DNA of 64,000 bases, taken from NCBI RefSeq assembly GCF_039654945.1, contig NW_027361808.1:20336001-20400000 (forward strand). Direction: 5' to 3'. Each line of letters opens with the position of its first letter. Within the stretch, counting starts at the first letter, position 1. The notes beneath the pieces were generated by a model that was given only the letters and a program-made list of their open reading frames with translations, had not been told where the DNA came from and did not search any database. The translations under genes and the position numbers were made by a program. Positions 36,083 to 48,708 of the stretch are shown here, piece after piece. The DNA comes from Dendrobates tinctorius. Its lineage: Eukaryota.

Positions 36083-36689
36083 CATCTATGAATTTTACTT
36101 TGACACTGTGGTGTTTCTGAGAAAACATAATTGGGAATTGCAATGAGGCGACACAGAGGCAGGTCTCTCCTAGATTCTCCACTCTCTGATTGATCGACAG
36201 GTCTTAACCTATGCGTGTATAGCTGAGCGGAGTATGGAGAAGCTGTCACGTACAGGTCTCTGTGGCTAGCCTTTCTATTGACCTCGTCCCTGGCCACTGT
36301 TTTCAATTAGAATTTCTCTAAAACACCAGAGCCAGTTTCTGATTCATGCTACCTTTGGTTCAGATTCACATCCACATCAAGTTCCACATCCAAGTCCGTT
36401 TGTAACACATGCATTTTTCGCATCGGATTCTCTTTTCCATCCACCCTAAAAAGACATTCATCTGTGTCTGTTCATTACGTTATCAGATTTCCATTCTCCG
36501 GAACAATAAAGGCTTCCATTCAATGACAAAAAAGTTTAAGGAATTAACGCAAAAAGTTTTTTAAAAAAAATAAACTAGTACAAGTTTTTACATCTTTAAA
36601 CTGAAAAAGTCAATACAATGTCAAAAAGGTTAGGAATTAAGTTTGTCCAACCACATGTTAAGTAAAAGATACATTTTCAATTCTACCTC

Positions 36690-36970
36690 AATTTTAAGCT
36701 GGCTTGGTAATCTCCAAAATGGGGAGAAATGTCCCCCCCACTTAAATCCCCTGTCAGTTATCTCACCTAGCCAAATCAAACCCCCTGCTTTGCACTGATG
36801 AAGAGCAAACACCCTTAAACACATCTCCAATTGGAGTGTCTAATTTGGCTTCTTATCCCGAGTCATGTTGCAAGGCTCATTAAAAGTTCAATACTGACTG
36901 TTAGGATTGCTACAGCCAATAGGTGGCACTAGAGTTTAAGTCCTCTTCCTCTCTGAGGACACTTATTTGC
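36690..36970 (+). mobile_element. Probable PLE pLTR relic with a decayed hammerhead-like motif
   Basis: TTGCA-CTGATGA-AGAGCAAACACCCT-TAAA at about 36790-36820; GAAA core mutated. Confidence 0.45.
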
Positions 36971-37999
36971 ACCTCCAATTCTAGAAATCCAAACTCCGTA
37001 AAGTAGGATTTCCCCAATTTTCAACCCATTGTCTGGCGTTACTGGAAAAAAAATTAATGTTACAACACTTCTCTATTATTTCTGCTGATCGTACTAGAAT
37101 TGGAACTGATTGCAACCAATATTAGGAAATGGGGGCACATGATAGAAGGGGAATTACAATAAAGACCAATTTCCTAAGTAACAATGTAGTGAAACAGACA
37201 GGATCTATTACAAAGAATAACATTGTATCCTAATGGACTGGTCCTATACCAATTCTATTTTAAGTTCAAAATCTGGTGTACAAATATCGCATTGGTCAAA
37301 TGGAAAAAAACTAAACAGAATAAAACAGAAACTAGAATGCAACTGGGATGACACTGTAAAAAAAAAAAATCTTTCTCCCTCAGATGGTAACACTCGCAAG
37401 GATGTGTGAATGTATCCTAAGCAGAATAGCATGTAGAACAGAGGGGTCATGTAGAACTTTTAAAAAGTGATATTTTTTTCTAAAAAAAAACTTTCTGGAA
37501 ACACAAGAGCCAGTATTGTTTGACCACCTTTAAAGAATTGTAGGAGACACATCGGACTTTAGAGGATATATGACAATGTTCGCACAGTACATGAGATGGT
37601 TAATGTAGCCATATTTTCATACACTCCGTAAATAAGCCACAGGGGGTCACATTTAGTGCCAATGGTATTTTTGAAGCCCTTGAAAAAATGTTAATTCAAA
37701 AGAAAGACTTAACCAGGTCAGCATGTGGAAAAATTGGTATTAACCAGAGCAATTTAGCTCATGTAGAGCATTTAGTATTATTGTACAAAAATTAGCACAA
37801 AAAAACTATCATTAGCTTCAAACTCCATGAGTTGTGTGCTCAGTTTATTACTATTTATAATTTATTTGCTCATACAAATGTTCAGCTTCCTATGACCTAC
37901 ATGCCCATATAGACAGCTTAGGAGGGTTGATCCTACTGACTTATTTTCTTTAACTACTAAGGACTTTTATTACTGTTTGCAATAGTTAGTGGCAAGGAA

Positions 38000-39546
38000 A
38001 TTAGATTGCACTAAAGAAGAGTTTATGATAACTGGCAAAGAGTCTTTTACAACGCTCTGGAGGAATTTTGGCCCACTCATCTTTGCAGAATTGTTGTGAT
38101 TCAGCCACATAAGACAGTTTCCAAGCATTAACGGCCTTTTTAAGGTCATGCCACAGCATCTCAATCGGATAAAGGTCAGGACTTTGACTAGGCTACTCCA
38201 AAGTCTTAATTTTGTTTTTCTTAAGCCATTCAGAGTTATACTTGCTGGTGTGTTTAAGATCATTGTCTTGCTGCATAACTCAAGTGCGCTTCAGCTTGAG
38301 GACACGAACAGATGGCTGGACATTCTCCTTCAGGATTTTTTGATTGACAGCAGAATTTATTATTCCATTTACCAGAGCAAGTCTTCCAGGTCCTGAAGAA
38401 GCAAAACAGCCCCAAGCCATCACACTACCACTACCATATTTTACTGTTGGTATGATGTTCCTTTTGTGAAATTATGTGTTACATCTACATCAGCTGTAAT
38501 GGGACATAAACCTTCCAAAAAGTTAAAACTTTAGTCTCTTAAGTCCACAGAGTATTTTCCCTAAAGACCTGGGGATCATCAAGATGTTTTATGGCAAAAC
38601 GGAGATGAGCATTTATGTTGTTACTGCTTAGCAGTGGTTTTCATCTTAGAACTCTGCCATGCAGGCCATTTTTGACCGGTCTCTTTCTTATGGTGAAGTA
38701 ATGAGCTCGGACTTTAACTGAGACCTGTAGTTCTTTGGGTGTTGTTGGTTTTTTTGTGACCTCTTGAATGAGTCATCACTGCACTCTTAGGATAATTTTG
38801 GTCAGCTGGCCACTCCTGGGAGGTTTCACCAATGTTCATGCTTTCTCTATTTGTGGATAATGACTCTCACTGTGGTTCGCTGGAGTCCAAAAGCTTGAGA
38901 AAAGGCTTTATAACCTTTTACAGACTGATAGATCTCAATTACTTTGTTTCTTATGTGTCCTAGAATTAATTTTGATCACAGCATAATGTTTATCTTTGGA
39001 CAATCTTTTGGCCTACTTCATCTTGTCAGGCAGGTCCTATTTAAGCGATTTCTTGATTGAGAACAGGTGTGGCAGTAATCAGGCCTGCATGTGGCTAGGA
39101 AATTTAAACTCAGCTTCCCAGAGATGTGATCAACCAGTTAATTTATGTTTGGTTTTTTTTGAAGAGGAGCTGGCAATCACTTTTTCATACAGGGCCATGT
39201 AGGTTTGGATTTCTTTTTATATATTATTAGGTGTATTATTACTCCTACTGGACTACTAAATGTAATACAATACTGTTACTTTGTATATTAATCTGAACCC
39301 TACAGCTACTAGTATGATGTAAAATACTACTGTTAATTTTATGTAAAAAATTCAATAAAGTTATTTGAAAATGGATTTCTTTTTATGCTCAAAATAAAGA
39401 CCTTCATTAAAAAACTGCATTATGTGTTTACTTGTGTTATCTTTGTCTAATATTTACATTTGTTTGGTGATCTGAAACATTTACATGAGACAAACATGTA
39501 AAAGATTAGGAAATCAGGAAGGGGCAAACACTTTTTCACACAACTG
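38000..39546 (-). mobile_element. Decayed Tc1 (Frog Prince-like terminus), one TIR missing
   Basis: Right end GGGGCAAACACTTTTTCACACAACTG|TA; frameshifted transposase remnants on the minus strand. Confidence 0.8.
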
Positions 39547-41519
39547 TATATTGTATCTGTTTGTGATAATCATCACACTGCAAATGTGTACAGTGTTGAA
39601 ATGAGGACTTTGAACACAAATTTATACAGTAAATCAGGTCATGAGGAGCAAGACGTTTAACAATGTTTCTATAATTGCAACACTCTGACAAAGACTATAA
39701 ACAGCTAAGCTGGTGGTTAACCACAATTTGTTGTTTGGTGGAATGAAAATGCTAAGCCAGCTATACTAAGAAGTAAATGGAAGCATCCACGACGTCACCT
39801 AGGTCACCAGCTGAAACATCAGTTTTTTCTCTGGTCACAAGATATGACATGGTTCCTCCAATGTAAGACAGAGTCTACATGTATTACAGTATGGTGCTGG
39901 AAATAAAAAAGGAACAGCACGCAAACATGATCTTACAACATGGACCATATGGTAGATTTTTTTCTGATTTTCTATCCTTTTCCAACGCTAATGTCTAGTG
40001 CATGGCCCAAGAATTAGCTCTGTGGTCATTTATAAATCTCTGTTATGCACCGACTTGATTTAGGTTTTAAAAAAAAAAAACGTTTTTCCTAGAGACTTCC
40101 TTTTAAAGAAACATTTTATTATTTTTTTTTTATGAGCGCTATTGGACATTCTTCAGTGTAAGTTTGACTGTTCTGTCAGAGCTATAGTATAGGAATACAG
40201 TGACATACGTCACCAATAGGCTTTCCAGGGGAAATAAAAACATATACATAAAGTTATACTTTTTTACAAGGTACATCTGCAAACAAAAACTGTGGGGATG
40301 TGCAAACACTGGTCGAGGAAGACGTCTCGGGACCAGGAACACAGCTTGACAGGGGAATCAGTCTGACTGATCTTTTATTTTATAAATATTCTAGATTTGC
40401 TTTAATCAATTTGTCTCACAGCGGGAAACCTCTATGAGGCTGCGGCTCTGGGGCTACACAAGGCGTCATTGGCTGTGGCCTACGTGGTGTGGCCAAGATT
40501 TGTGATGTGTTGCAGGTGCAGAAGAGAGAGAAAGTAATCTCTCCATCTCCTCCATTGCCAGCATCAGCTGTAATCGGACTGCACGAGGATGACATTCAAG
40601 TGCAGCATTTCGATATTTCACACGAACTCAGACTTGTATGGGTGGGCATGATCCAATTCTTAGATGCACTCGCAGCATGCTGCCATTGTGTTATGCCGTA
40701 TCAGCATGAGAAAATAACGGCAGACCTGCACTACCCCATAGTATAACACTGGGCCGAGTGTTAGCCGGTAAAACATTGGATAGCACTCGGCCGTGTTATA
40801 CAGTCACGTGAGTGAGCCCTAAAGCTAAGGATCTGGGAAATGCATGTTGGGCATTATAGGCGTCTTCATTTGTGCTCTCTTTTAATGCTTTGCTTTCTTT
40901 TCTGTTATCAACACGGACGGTTTAGATTAAATTCTTACTTTTCTCGTTTCTTCAAATATGCCTTTCACTAGTATATATGCATGTAAGGTATACTAATGAA
41001 ACAAATGTTCTTGTATAGTATATTCCTGTATACAATTGGAATCTTAAAGACTTGTCTTTCCTTCAGGTTATGTATTATACTAATTTTTCATTTGAGTCCT
41101 GTTTCAATTTATCTTGGGTGTGTGTTTTTAAGGGACTCATTCTACATAAATGTTAAACCTTTACTATTTATTATTTTATACACAAATGCTATGTATTGTG
41201 CCATTCGGTTTGTGGTCCTGTTGATGGGGACCTTATTTAGGTGCTTTTGTATAGTCTTTGTAGTTTTCATTTTTGGGGAGTTATTATAAAGTCTCTTATT
41301 TTTTATATTTATTCTGTGATCAGGTATCACAATAAAATCAGACAGTTAATAAGTCAAAACTGTCCACTGACCAACGGTGAAGCAAGTATCATCAGGGGTG
41401 GATTAAGGGTAGCCAGGACCCCGGGCTGTTAAGACTCTGTGGGCCCCCCGGTCATGTGACGGGGTCGGGAAGTCACTAGTTTTCATGATGCATACGGTGC
41501 GTCAAGGGGCGGGAAGGGG

Positions 41520-41790
41520 TTAAAACTGAGGTAAAAAAAAACTCTGCAAATACGCAACGCGTGCACGAGGCCTCACAAATACTGAGGTAAAAAACACCAA
41601 ATGCTCAGCGTGTCCATGAGGCCTTACAAATACTGAGTGAAAAACTCACCAAATACTCAGTGTGTGCACGAGGCCTTATAAATACTGGGGTAAAAACTCA
41701 CCAAATACTCAGCGTGTACACGAGGCCTTATAAATAGTGAGGTAAAAACTCACCAAATACTCAGCGTGTGCACGAGGCCTTAGAAATACT
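41520..41790. repeat. ~50-bp tandem repeat (AAATACTGAGGTAAAAACTCACCAAATACTCAGCGTGTGCACGAGGCCTT)
   Basis: About 5 copies read directly. Confidence 0.85.
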
Positions 41791-42642
41791 GGAAGGCTTC
41801 CACCCAACATCTAGTCCTGACTTACCTGTACCTAACATCGAAACCAGCTAATTGTCTGCAATCACCTGCTGACCTGGACCCATGACCTGTCAGACAAGTT
41901 ACTTCACATGAGTCACACAGAGGCTTCTGCTTCATGAACTTCCCCAGACAGAAGAAGCAACCTCCGATGTGCAGCCTGTGGCCGGATACACAGGAAGAGA
42001 CGCTCCTCGTCACAGGCTGTGCCCAACATGTCAGCAGAGGAGTTAACGCTATAGACAAGTCGCTGTCTCCTCACACACTGGACATGACGCTGCATCTGGC
42101 GACGAACAAGCGCACATAGCGCAATGTTAGTCATGTCCCAGATGTTCAGCATGTGGAGGACCAAGGGGGGACCAAAAAAGACCCCAGGATTGGAACAGGA
42201 GCATGGAAGAGTGAACAGCGGTCAGAGGGGCAGGGTTTATATAGGGGTCGGAGTAAGTAAATATATATGCGGGCAGCGCACACATGCACAATCCTCAGGT
42301 TGTATAACTTTCAACTGGTCAAAACATTTCTCTCAGTAGGCCAAGAAAGAAATGTGGCAGGAATAAAGTACACCTCATATTAACTTATGTGTGAGGCAGA
42401 GGTGACAAGACCCGCCATCACGTGCCCACCTTACTAGAGGTGCCCACTGCCCACATATAACAAAGTTGATGGAAACAGATGACTTCCACTATGATGATTG
42501 GTTACCGACCGCCTGACCACACCCATTTCACAACTAGTCACACCCATGTCCACGCCCCAACCACACCCATTTAGCACTGCTGATCACACTGACTGGTACT
42601 GAGGGCACAGTGGCTGGTACTGTGGGCACACTGACTGGTACT

Positions 42643-43120
42643 GAGGAAAAGAAAGGAAGAGCAGAGAGAGAAAGAAAAAAGAAAAAAAGAAAGAAAGGCG
42701 AGAGAAAGAAAAAACAGAGAGAAAGAAAGAGAAACAGAGAAAGGAAGAAAGAACAGAGAAAGAAAGAGGGGACAGAAAAAAGGAACAGAGAGAAAAAAAG
42801 AAAGAGGGGAAAGAAAGAACAGAGAGGGAGAGAGAAAGAAAGAACAGAGAGAAAGAAAGAAAGAAAGGGGGAAAGAAAGAACAGAGAGAGAAAAAAAGGG
42901 GAAAGAACGAAAGGAAGAAAGAAAGAACAGAGAGGGAGAGAGAAAGAAAGAGGGGAAAGAAGGAACAAAGCGAGAAAGAAAGGTGAAAGAAAGAACAAAG
43001 AGAGAAAAAAAGAAAGGGGAAAGAAAGAACAGAGAGGGAGAGAGAAAGAAATAGGGGAAGAAAGAACAGGAATTGAAAGAACAGAGAGAAAGAAAGGCAA
43101 GGAAAGAGGGGAAAGAAAGA
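42643..43120 (+). repeat. Polypurine (GA-rich) low-complexity tract
   Basis: About 480 bp of almost only A/G, with AAAG/AGAG subunits. Confidence 0.95.
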
Positions 43121-43713
43121 TTCTATAAAGATACTATACCAGCCCGGTTCACATTGTAGTGCCCACCTGAGCCTCCTGGTGCAGGACATATCATGATCCA
43201 CTCACATGGCCGACATCCCCGAGTCCAATGCGATCCCGCTGTCCGCGCTGTCGGAGGAGGACATGGTGATGATCTGAAGCATTCCCTGAAGTGCCTCCAT
43301 GGTTCCGTCGCAAACTCTTCCGGTCAGCTTCCAGCACGTCACTTTCGATGGAATGTCACGTGCGAGTTTTCAAGTGCTCCTTGGAGCTCCGCCATATACT
43401 CCTGTGTCCACAGGAAAAGTAAGCTCCTGGTCAGGGCAGTGGGGCAGACTTTCAAAATCTGGGACGGTTGGGAGGTACGAATGCTCCCCATCATATACCT
43501 TGTACATGCATGGCTTCGCACACCTCATACACACACGTGTTATGAGCTCATTTTCTGCTCCACCAGTTGAGAGTTCCCCTTCAGTTCTCCCTCTGGTGGT
43601 GACGGGAGGTGGTGATGTTGGTTTGAGTGGTAGTGATCTGCCACCTGGTGAGGAAGATAGTGATTGGATCTCTGGAGTATCAGACTGGATATAAGACAGC
43701 CGATGCCCTATCC

Positions 43714-44400
43714 TGTTGCTGGTGATTCAGTCTGTTTCTCAGGTCTAGGACTCAGCTCTGTTCCAGTCTTCTAAAGAGAAGTTTTTTTTTTGCTAATGTT
43801 CACACTTGCTCTTGTTGGTCTTTTCAGTTTTTTGTGTGGTCAGCCAGCCCGACTGGGCTGTGCTGAATTTCCACTCTTATTTGCCAAATTGCCTTTTTTT
43901 TGTCCCTTATTAGATTGGCCTCTTTTTGCTCTGTCTCAGAATATTTCAGAGTGCTGATATAGTGGGAGAAGTCTAGTGACTTCAGGGTTAATTTTGCTAT
44001 CACTTGTGTTGGACATTTTGTAGGGTTTTTTTGGCAGACTGCAGACAGTGTCTTTCCTTTCCTGTCCTTTCTAGTTAGTCTGGCCCCATCGTTTGCTCAG
44101 ACTATTTTTCTGCCTTTGTTTGTGTTTTCATCTTTTTTCACCGTCAATACATGTGGGGGGCTGTCTCTCCTTTGGGGTCTGCTCTGGGGCAGTTAGTTTT
44201 CCCCTTTTCCTGCTTTAGGCTTATTTAGTTTCTCCGGTTGTGACGAGGCATCTAGGACCACCGTAGGAACGCTCCACGATTGCTGGTAGTTGCGTGTTAG
44301 GATCAGGGGTCTGCAGTCTGCATAGTTACCAACCTCTTTGGTTTTCTGAGACTTAGCTTGTGCTGTTGTTTATTTCCTCCTCGGCTACCCTTTCATAACA
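43714..44400 (+). mobile_element. LTR relic nested in the hAT element
   Basis: Ends TCCTCCTCGGCTACCCTTTCATAACA, homologous to the reverse complement of the start of 35187-36082; 5' boundary uncertain. Confidence 0.6.
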
Positions 44401-45225
44401 CACACGGTTCCGCTTTGTATGCATCGTACACACGGCTTCACTCCGTACACCTCGCACACACACACGACTCCACTCAGTACACACAAGGCTCCACTCCGTA
44501 AACCTCGTACACATGCGGCTCTGCTCCGTACACCTTATACACACGTGGTCACGCTCTGTACACACATGGCTCTGCTCCGTAAACCTTGTACACATGCGGC
44601 TTTGCTCCATACACCTCATACACACGCGACTCCACTCCGTAAACACACAGCTCAGCTCTGTACACTTTGTATACACAGGGCTCCATTCCGTACACACATG
44701 CGGCTTCGCTCGGTACACCTCGTACACACATGCGGCTTCGCTCCGTACACCTCGTACATACACGCAGCTTCGCTCCGTACACCTTGTACGCACGCGGCTC
44801 CGCTCCATACACCTCGCACGCACGCAGCTCTGCTCCGTACACCTCGCACACGTGCAGCTCTGCTCCATACACCTCGCACACGTGCAGCTCTGCTCCATAC
44901 ACCTCGCACACGTGCAGCTCTGCTCCATACACCTCGCACACGCGCAGCTCCGCACACCTCGCACACGCGCAGCTCCGCACACCTCGCACACGCGCAGCTC
45001 CGCACACCTCGCACACGCGCAGCTCCGCACACCTCGCACACGCGCAGCTCCGCACACCTCGCACACGCGCAGCTCCGCACACCTCGCACACGCGCAGCTC
45101 TGTTCCGTACACCTCGCACACGCGCAGCTCTGTTCCGTACACCTCGCACACGCGCAGCTCTGTTCCGTACACCTCGCACACGCGCAGCTCTGTTCCGTAC
45201 ACCTCGCACACATACGCAGCTACAT
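44401..45225. repeat. Minisatellite with 30-bp and 25-bp units (CACACGCGCAGCTC[TGTTC]CG[TC]ACACCTCG)
   Basis: Homogeneous copies at about 44810-45210, degenerate toward 44401. Confidence 0.95.
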
Positions 45226-45894
45226 CCACCCTGTAAACCCTTCCTGACCCACACATAATTCCCTCATCCAGCACCATGACAACCAGCACAGCAGAGTGCC
45301 GCACACAATGCATTGCAGAGTCCCGCATACAATACATTGAGGGCTGTGTGCACAGGACCTGTGATGAGGTCACAGGAGGGGAGGAGTCAGGTGTCACATG
45401 ATCAGGGGCCTCCGACTGAAGCCCCTGATCATGTAATCCCTGACTCCTCCCCTTCTGCAGTGGCTGGTGGGTCTGGGAGGGGGAGGAAGGGGTCGGTACA
45501 TGGGGGGGTGTGGCGCTATGGTGGCGGATTATAATGGGGCAATTTTCCTTGGGTTGGTGGGCCCCCCACACCACTGGGCCCTGGGCTACCGCCCAGATTG
45601 ACCTCATTATAATCCGCCACTGAGTATCATACACGATTAGGAATCTGTCAAAATGTTATTTTGCTCTGTAATCTGAGATCATAATGTAGGGACAGAGACC
45701 CTGATTCCAGCAATGTATGACTACTGGGCTGTGTTTTGCTGATACAATGCTATCAGTTTTTTATCAGCAGGAAATTATCATGCTATCACATTTTAAGAGT
45801 ATATTAATTGCTAAAAACATACTGTAGTTTCATTGAGCACATATTTAGACCTCCTCCTTGGTACCTGGGGTGACAGAGATATCCTCCGTAAGTA

Positions 45895-46287
45895 CACACA
45901 GAGTTTTCTATTTAATTTCATATATTCATCTGTGCTACTGAGCAATTTATTAGCCATTAACAACTTTTCATTGTCTGTAATGGTGGGATCAAAAAACGAT
46001 AATCCCACCAACTCTGCATTCAAATACCACAAATGGTTCGAAAATTTGGTCAGGGCTATTTCTGCAATGTTGTTGTCACATTCTTTATAGTCTAACAGAC
46101 TATGCAAAATACCTAAATCTTAAAATACCTCAATTTGGATTTTTTCAAACTTTGAGCGACGAGCGGCACGGGTTAACGTCGTTTGATCGAGCTCAAATTT
46201 TGGCTCTCTCAATATCTGGAAAGGGGAATCGTTTTGTGGGGTCCAGACGGACAAAATTCCGACATCGATTTTTTTGCGGTCACCCTA
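45895..46287 (-). mobile_element. One-ended, internally deleted DNA transposon, probably hATm-like
   Basis: Minus-strand terminus TAGGGTGACCGCAAAAAAATCGATG; ORF fragment IAEIALTKFSNHLWYLNAELVGLSFFD; family assignment from memory. Confidence 0.6.
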
Positions 46288-46504
46288 GTGGGCACCCTCA
46301 CTGAGCAGGTATCTGGATGGGTAGAAGGTATTCTTAAACCACTGGTGAAGGATACTTCCAGCTACATTCAGGACACAACTGACCTATTGAATAAACTAGC
46401 AGCAATAGGTCCTCTACCAGAAGGAACCATCCTGGCCACCATGGATGTGGAATCTTTGTACTCTAATATCCCACACCAAGATGGTTTAAATGCCTGCAAA
46501 TTCT

Positions 46505-48708
46505 TAGAATCATAGATCATAGAATCGTAGAGTTGGAAGGGACCTCCTGGGCCATCTGGTCCAACCCCATGCTCAAACCAGGATTCGCTAAATCATCCCA
46601 GTCAGATGTCTGTCCAGCCTCTGTTTGAAGACTTCCATTGAAGGAGAACTCACCACTTCTCTTGGCAGCTTGTTCCACTCATTGATCACTCTAACTGTCA
46701 AAAAGTTTTTTCTAATGTCTAATCTGTGTCTCCTCCCATTCAGTTTCATCCCATTGCTTCTAGTCTTTCCTTCTGCAAATGAGAATAAAGTTGATCCTTC
46801 TACAATGTGACATCCCTTTAGATATTTGTAGACAGCTATTAAGTATCCTCTCAGTCTTCTCTTTTGCAAACTAAACAATCCCAAATCCTGCAACCTTTCC
46901 TCATAAGACAGGGTTTGCAGACCGGTCACCATTCTGGTTGCCTTTTTCTGAACTTGCTCCAGTTTGTTGATGTCTTTTTTAAAATGTGGTGCCCAAAACT
47001 GGACACAATATTCCAGATGAGGTCTGACCAAAGAGGAGTAGAGGGAAATAATGACTTCACGTGATCTAGACTGTATGCTTCTGTTAATACATCCTAGAAT
47101 TGCATTTGCCTTTTTTGCTGCTGCATCACACTGTTGACTCATATTCAGTCTGTGATCTATTAGTATACCCAAGTCTTTTTCACATGTGCTGTTGCTTAGG
47201 CCTATTCCTCCCATTCTGTATATGCTCTTTTCATTTTTATTGCCCAGATGTAGTACTTTGCATTTTTCCCTGTTAAAAACCATTCTGTTAGTTGCTGCCC
47301 ACTTCTCCAGTTTATTTATATCTTTTTGAATCCTCTCTCTTTTCTAGTATTAGCTATCCCTCCTAGCTTTGTGTCATCAGCAAATTTAATCAGTTTACCC
47401 TCAATTCCTTCATCTAAATCATTGATAAAGATATTGAACAATACAGGGCCCAGGACAGAGCCCTGTGGTACCCCACTTGAGACATTCTTCCAACTGGATG
47501 TGCAGCCATTTACGACCACTCTTTGGGTCCGATCACTAAGCCAGTTATGAATCCATCTAACAGTTGCCTTGTCCATTCCATACTTAGACATTTTTTCAAT
47601 AAGGATTGTATGAGATACTTTGTCAAATGCTTTGCTGAAGTAAAGATATACTATATCTACAGCATTTCCTTGATCCACCCAATCAGTGATTCCGTCATAG
47701 AAGGAAATTAAGTTAGTCTGACATGACTTATTAGTTACAAACCCATGCTGACTCTGTTTAATCACTTCATTCTTATCCAGGTACTGAAATACATGTTGTT
47801 TAATAATTTGTTCAAATTTCTTTCCTGGTATAGAAGTCAAACTCACCGGCCTATAGTTGCCTGGGTCCACCTTCTTCCCCTTTTTGAAGATAGGAACAAC
47901 ATTTGCTCTTCTCCAGTCTTCTGGGACTTCTCCTGTTCTCCAAGAATTTTCAAAGATTATGGAGAGGGGTTCAAAAATTTCTTCTGCTATCTCCTTCAGT
48001 ACTCTGGGGTGTAATTCATCTGGACCTGGAGACTTGAATTCATTTAGGTTAGCTAAGTGTTTCCTCACTATCTGTTTATAGATATCCTGGATTCTTCTAT
48101 TCCCTTAATAGGACAGTGAAGCACAGTTGATGTTACATTTCCTTTCTGAGAGAAAACAGATGAAAATAGGAATTTAAAAGTACGGCCTTCTCAACATCCT
48201 GTCTTACCATTTCATCATTTTCATCCTGCAAAAATCCTATAGCATCTTTGACTTTTCTTTTACTTTTGACATATCCCAAAAATCCTTTATTATTGCTTTT
48301 GACATCTCTTGCAAGCCTCAATTCATTGTCAGCTTTAGATAATCTGATTTGTGCCCTGCAGGTTCTGCAGACAGCACTATATTCTTCTTTAGATATGCCT
48401 CCCTCTTTCCATTTTATAAACATTTTTTTCTTCCTTTTTAGCATGTGCTTAAGTTCTGTGTTCATCCATCCTGGCTTCCTTAAATGCTTCCTATTCTTCC
48501 TTCTTTTCGGAATTATTAACAATTGTGCTTTGAGAATTTCATTTTTCAAGATTTCCCATCCTTCCTGGACATTTTTGTCTTTAAGGATATCCAGCCATTG
48601 GATCCCTCCAATTCTCTTTCTGAATCCCTTAAAATCTGCCTTTCTGAAATCTAACCTTGACGTCTGAGTCTTCACAGGTCTTCCTCCTCTAGTTATCCAA
48701 AATTCTAA
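46505..48708 (-). mobile_element. CR1 LINE, 5'-truncated, ORF2 frameshifted
   Basis: [54 protein letters not shown]; 3' (ATTCTATG)-type tail at 46505-46528. Confidence 0.97.

Larger units (their letters stand above)
41393..45622. mobile_element. Large non-autonomous hAT element (4230 bp) with repeats and cargo
   Basis: TIRs CAGGGGTGGATTA / TAATCCGCCACTG; 8-bp TSD AGTATCAT (41385-92, 45623-30); no transposase. Confidence 0.88.

Noticed and set aside
36790-36830. Third functional hammerhead
   Set aside because: GAAA core reads TAAA and stem II is mismatched; at most a relic
39725-39800. Minus-strand SIFIPP resembling the end of the next MERTK exon
   Set aside because: In-frame TAG a few codons upstream, no GGVGPFS-like motif and no donor site
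42534-43201. Lys/Arg/Glu-rich and Phe/Leu/Ser-rich ORFs
   Set aside because: Translations of a GA/TC low-complexity tract
44353-45634. Long ORFs (189-361 aa) in all six frames
   Set aside because: Produced by a stop-free minisatellite; the translations are periodic
46183-46515. 110-aa ORF as a gene start
   Set aside because: The N-terminal part is the DNA-transposon terminus; only the part from 46288 is PLE RT
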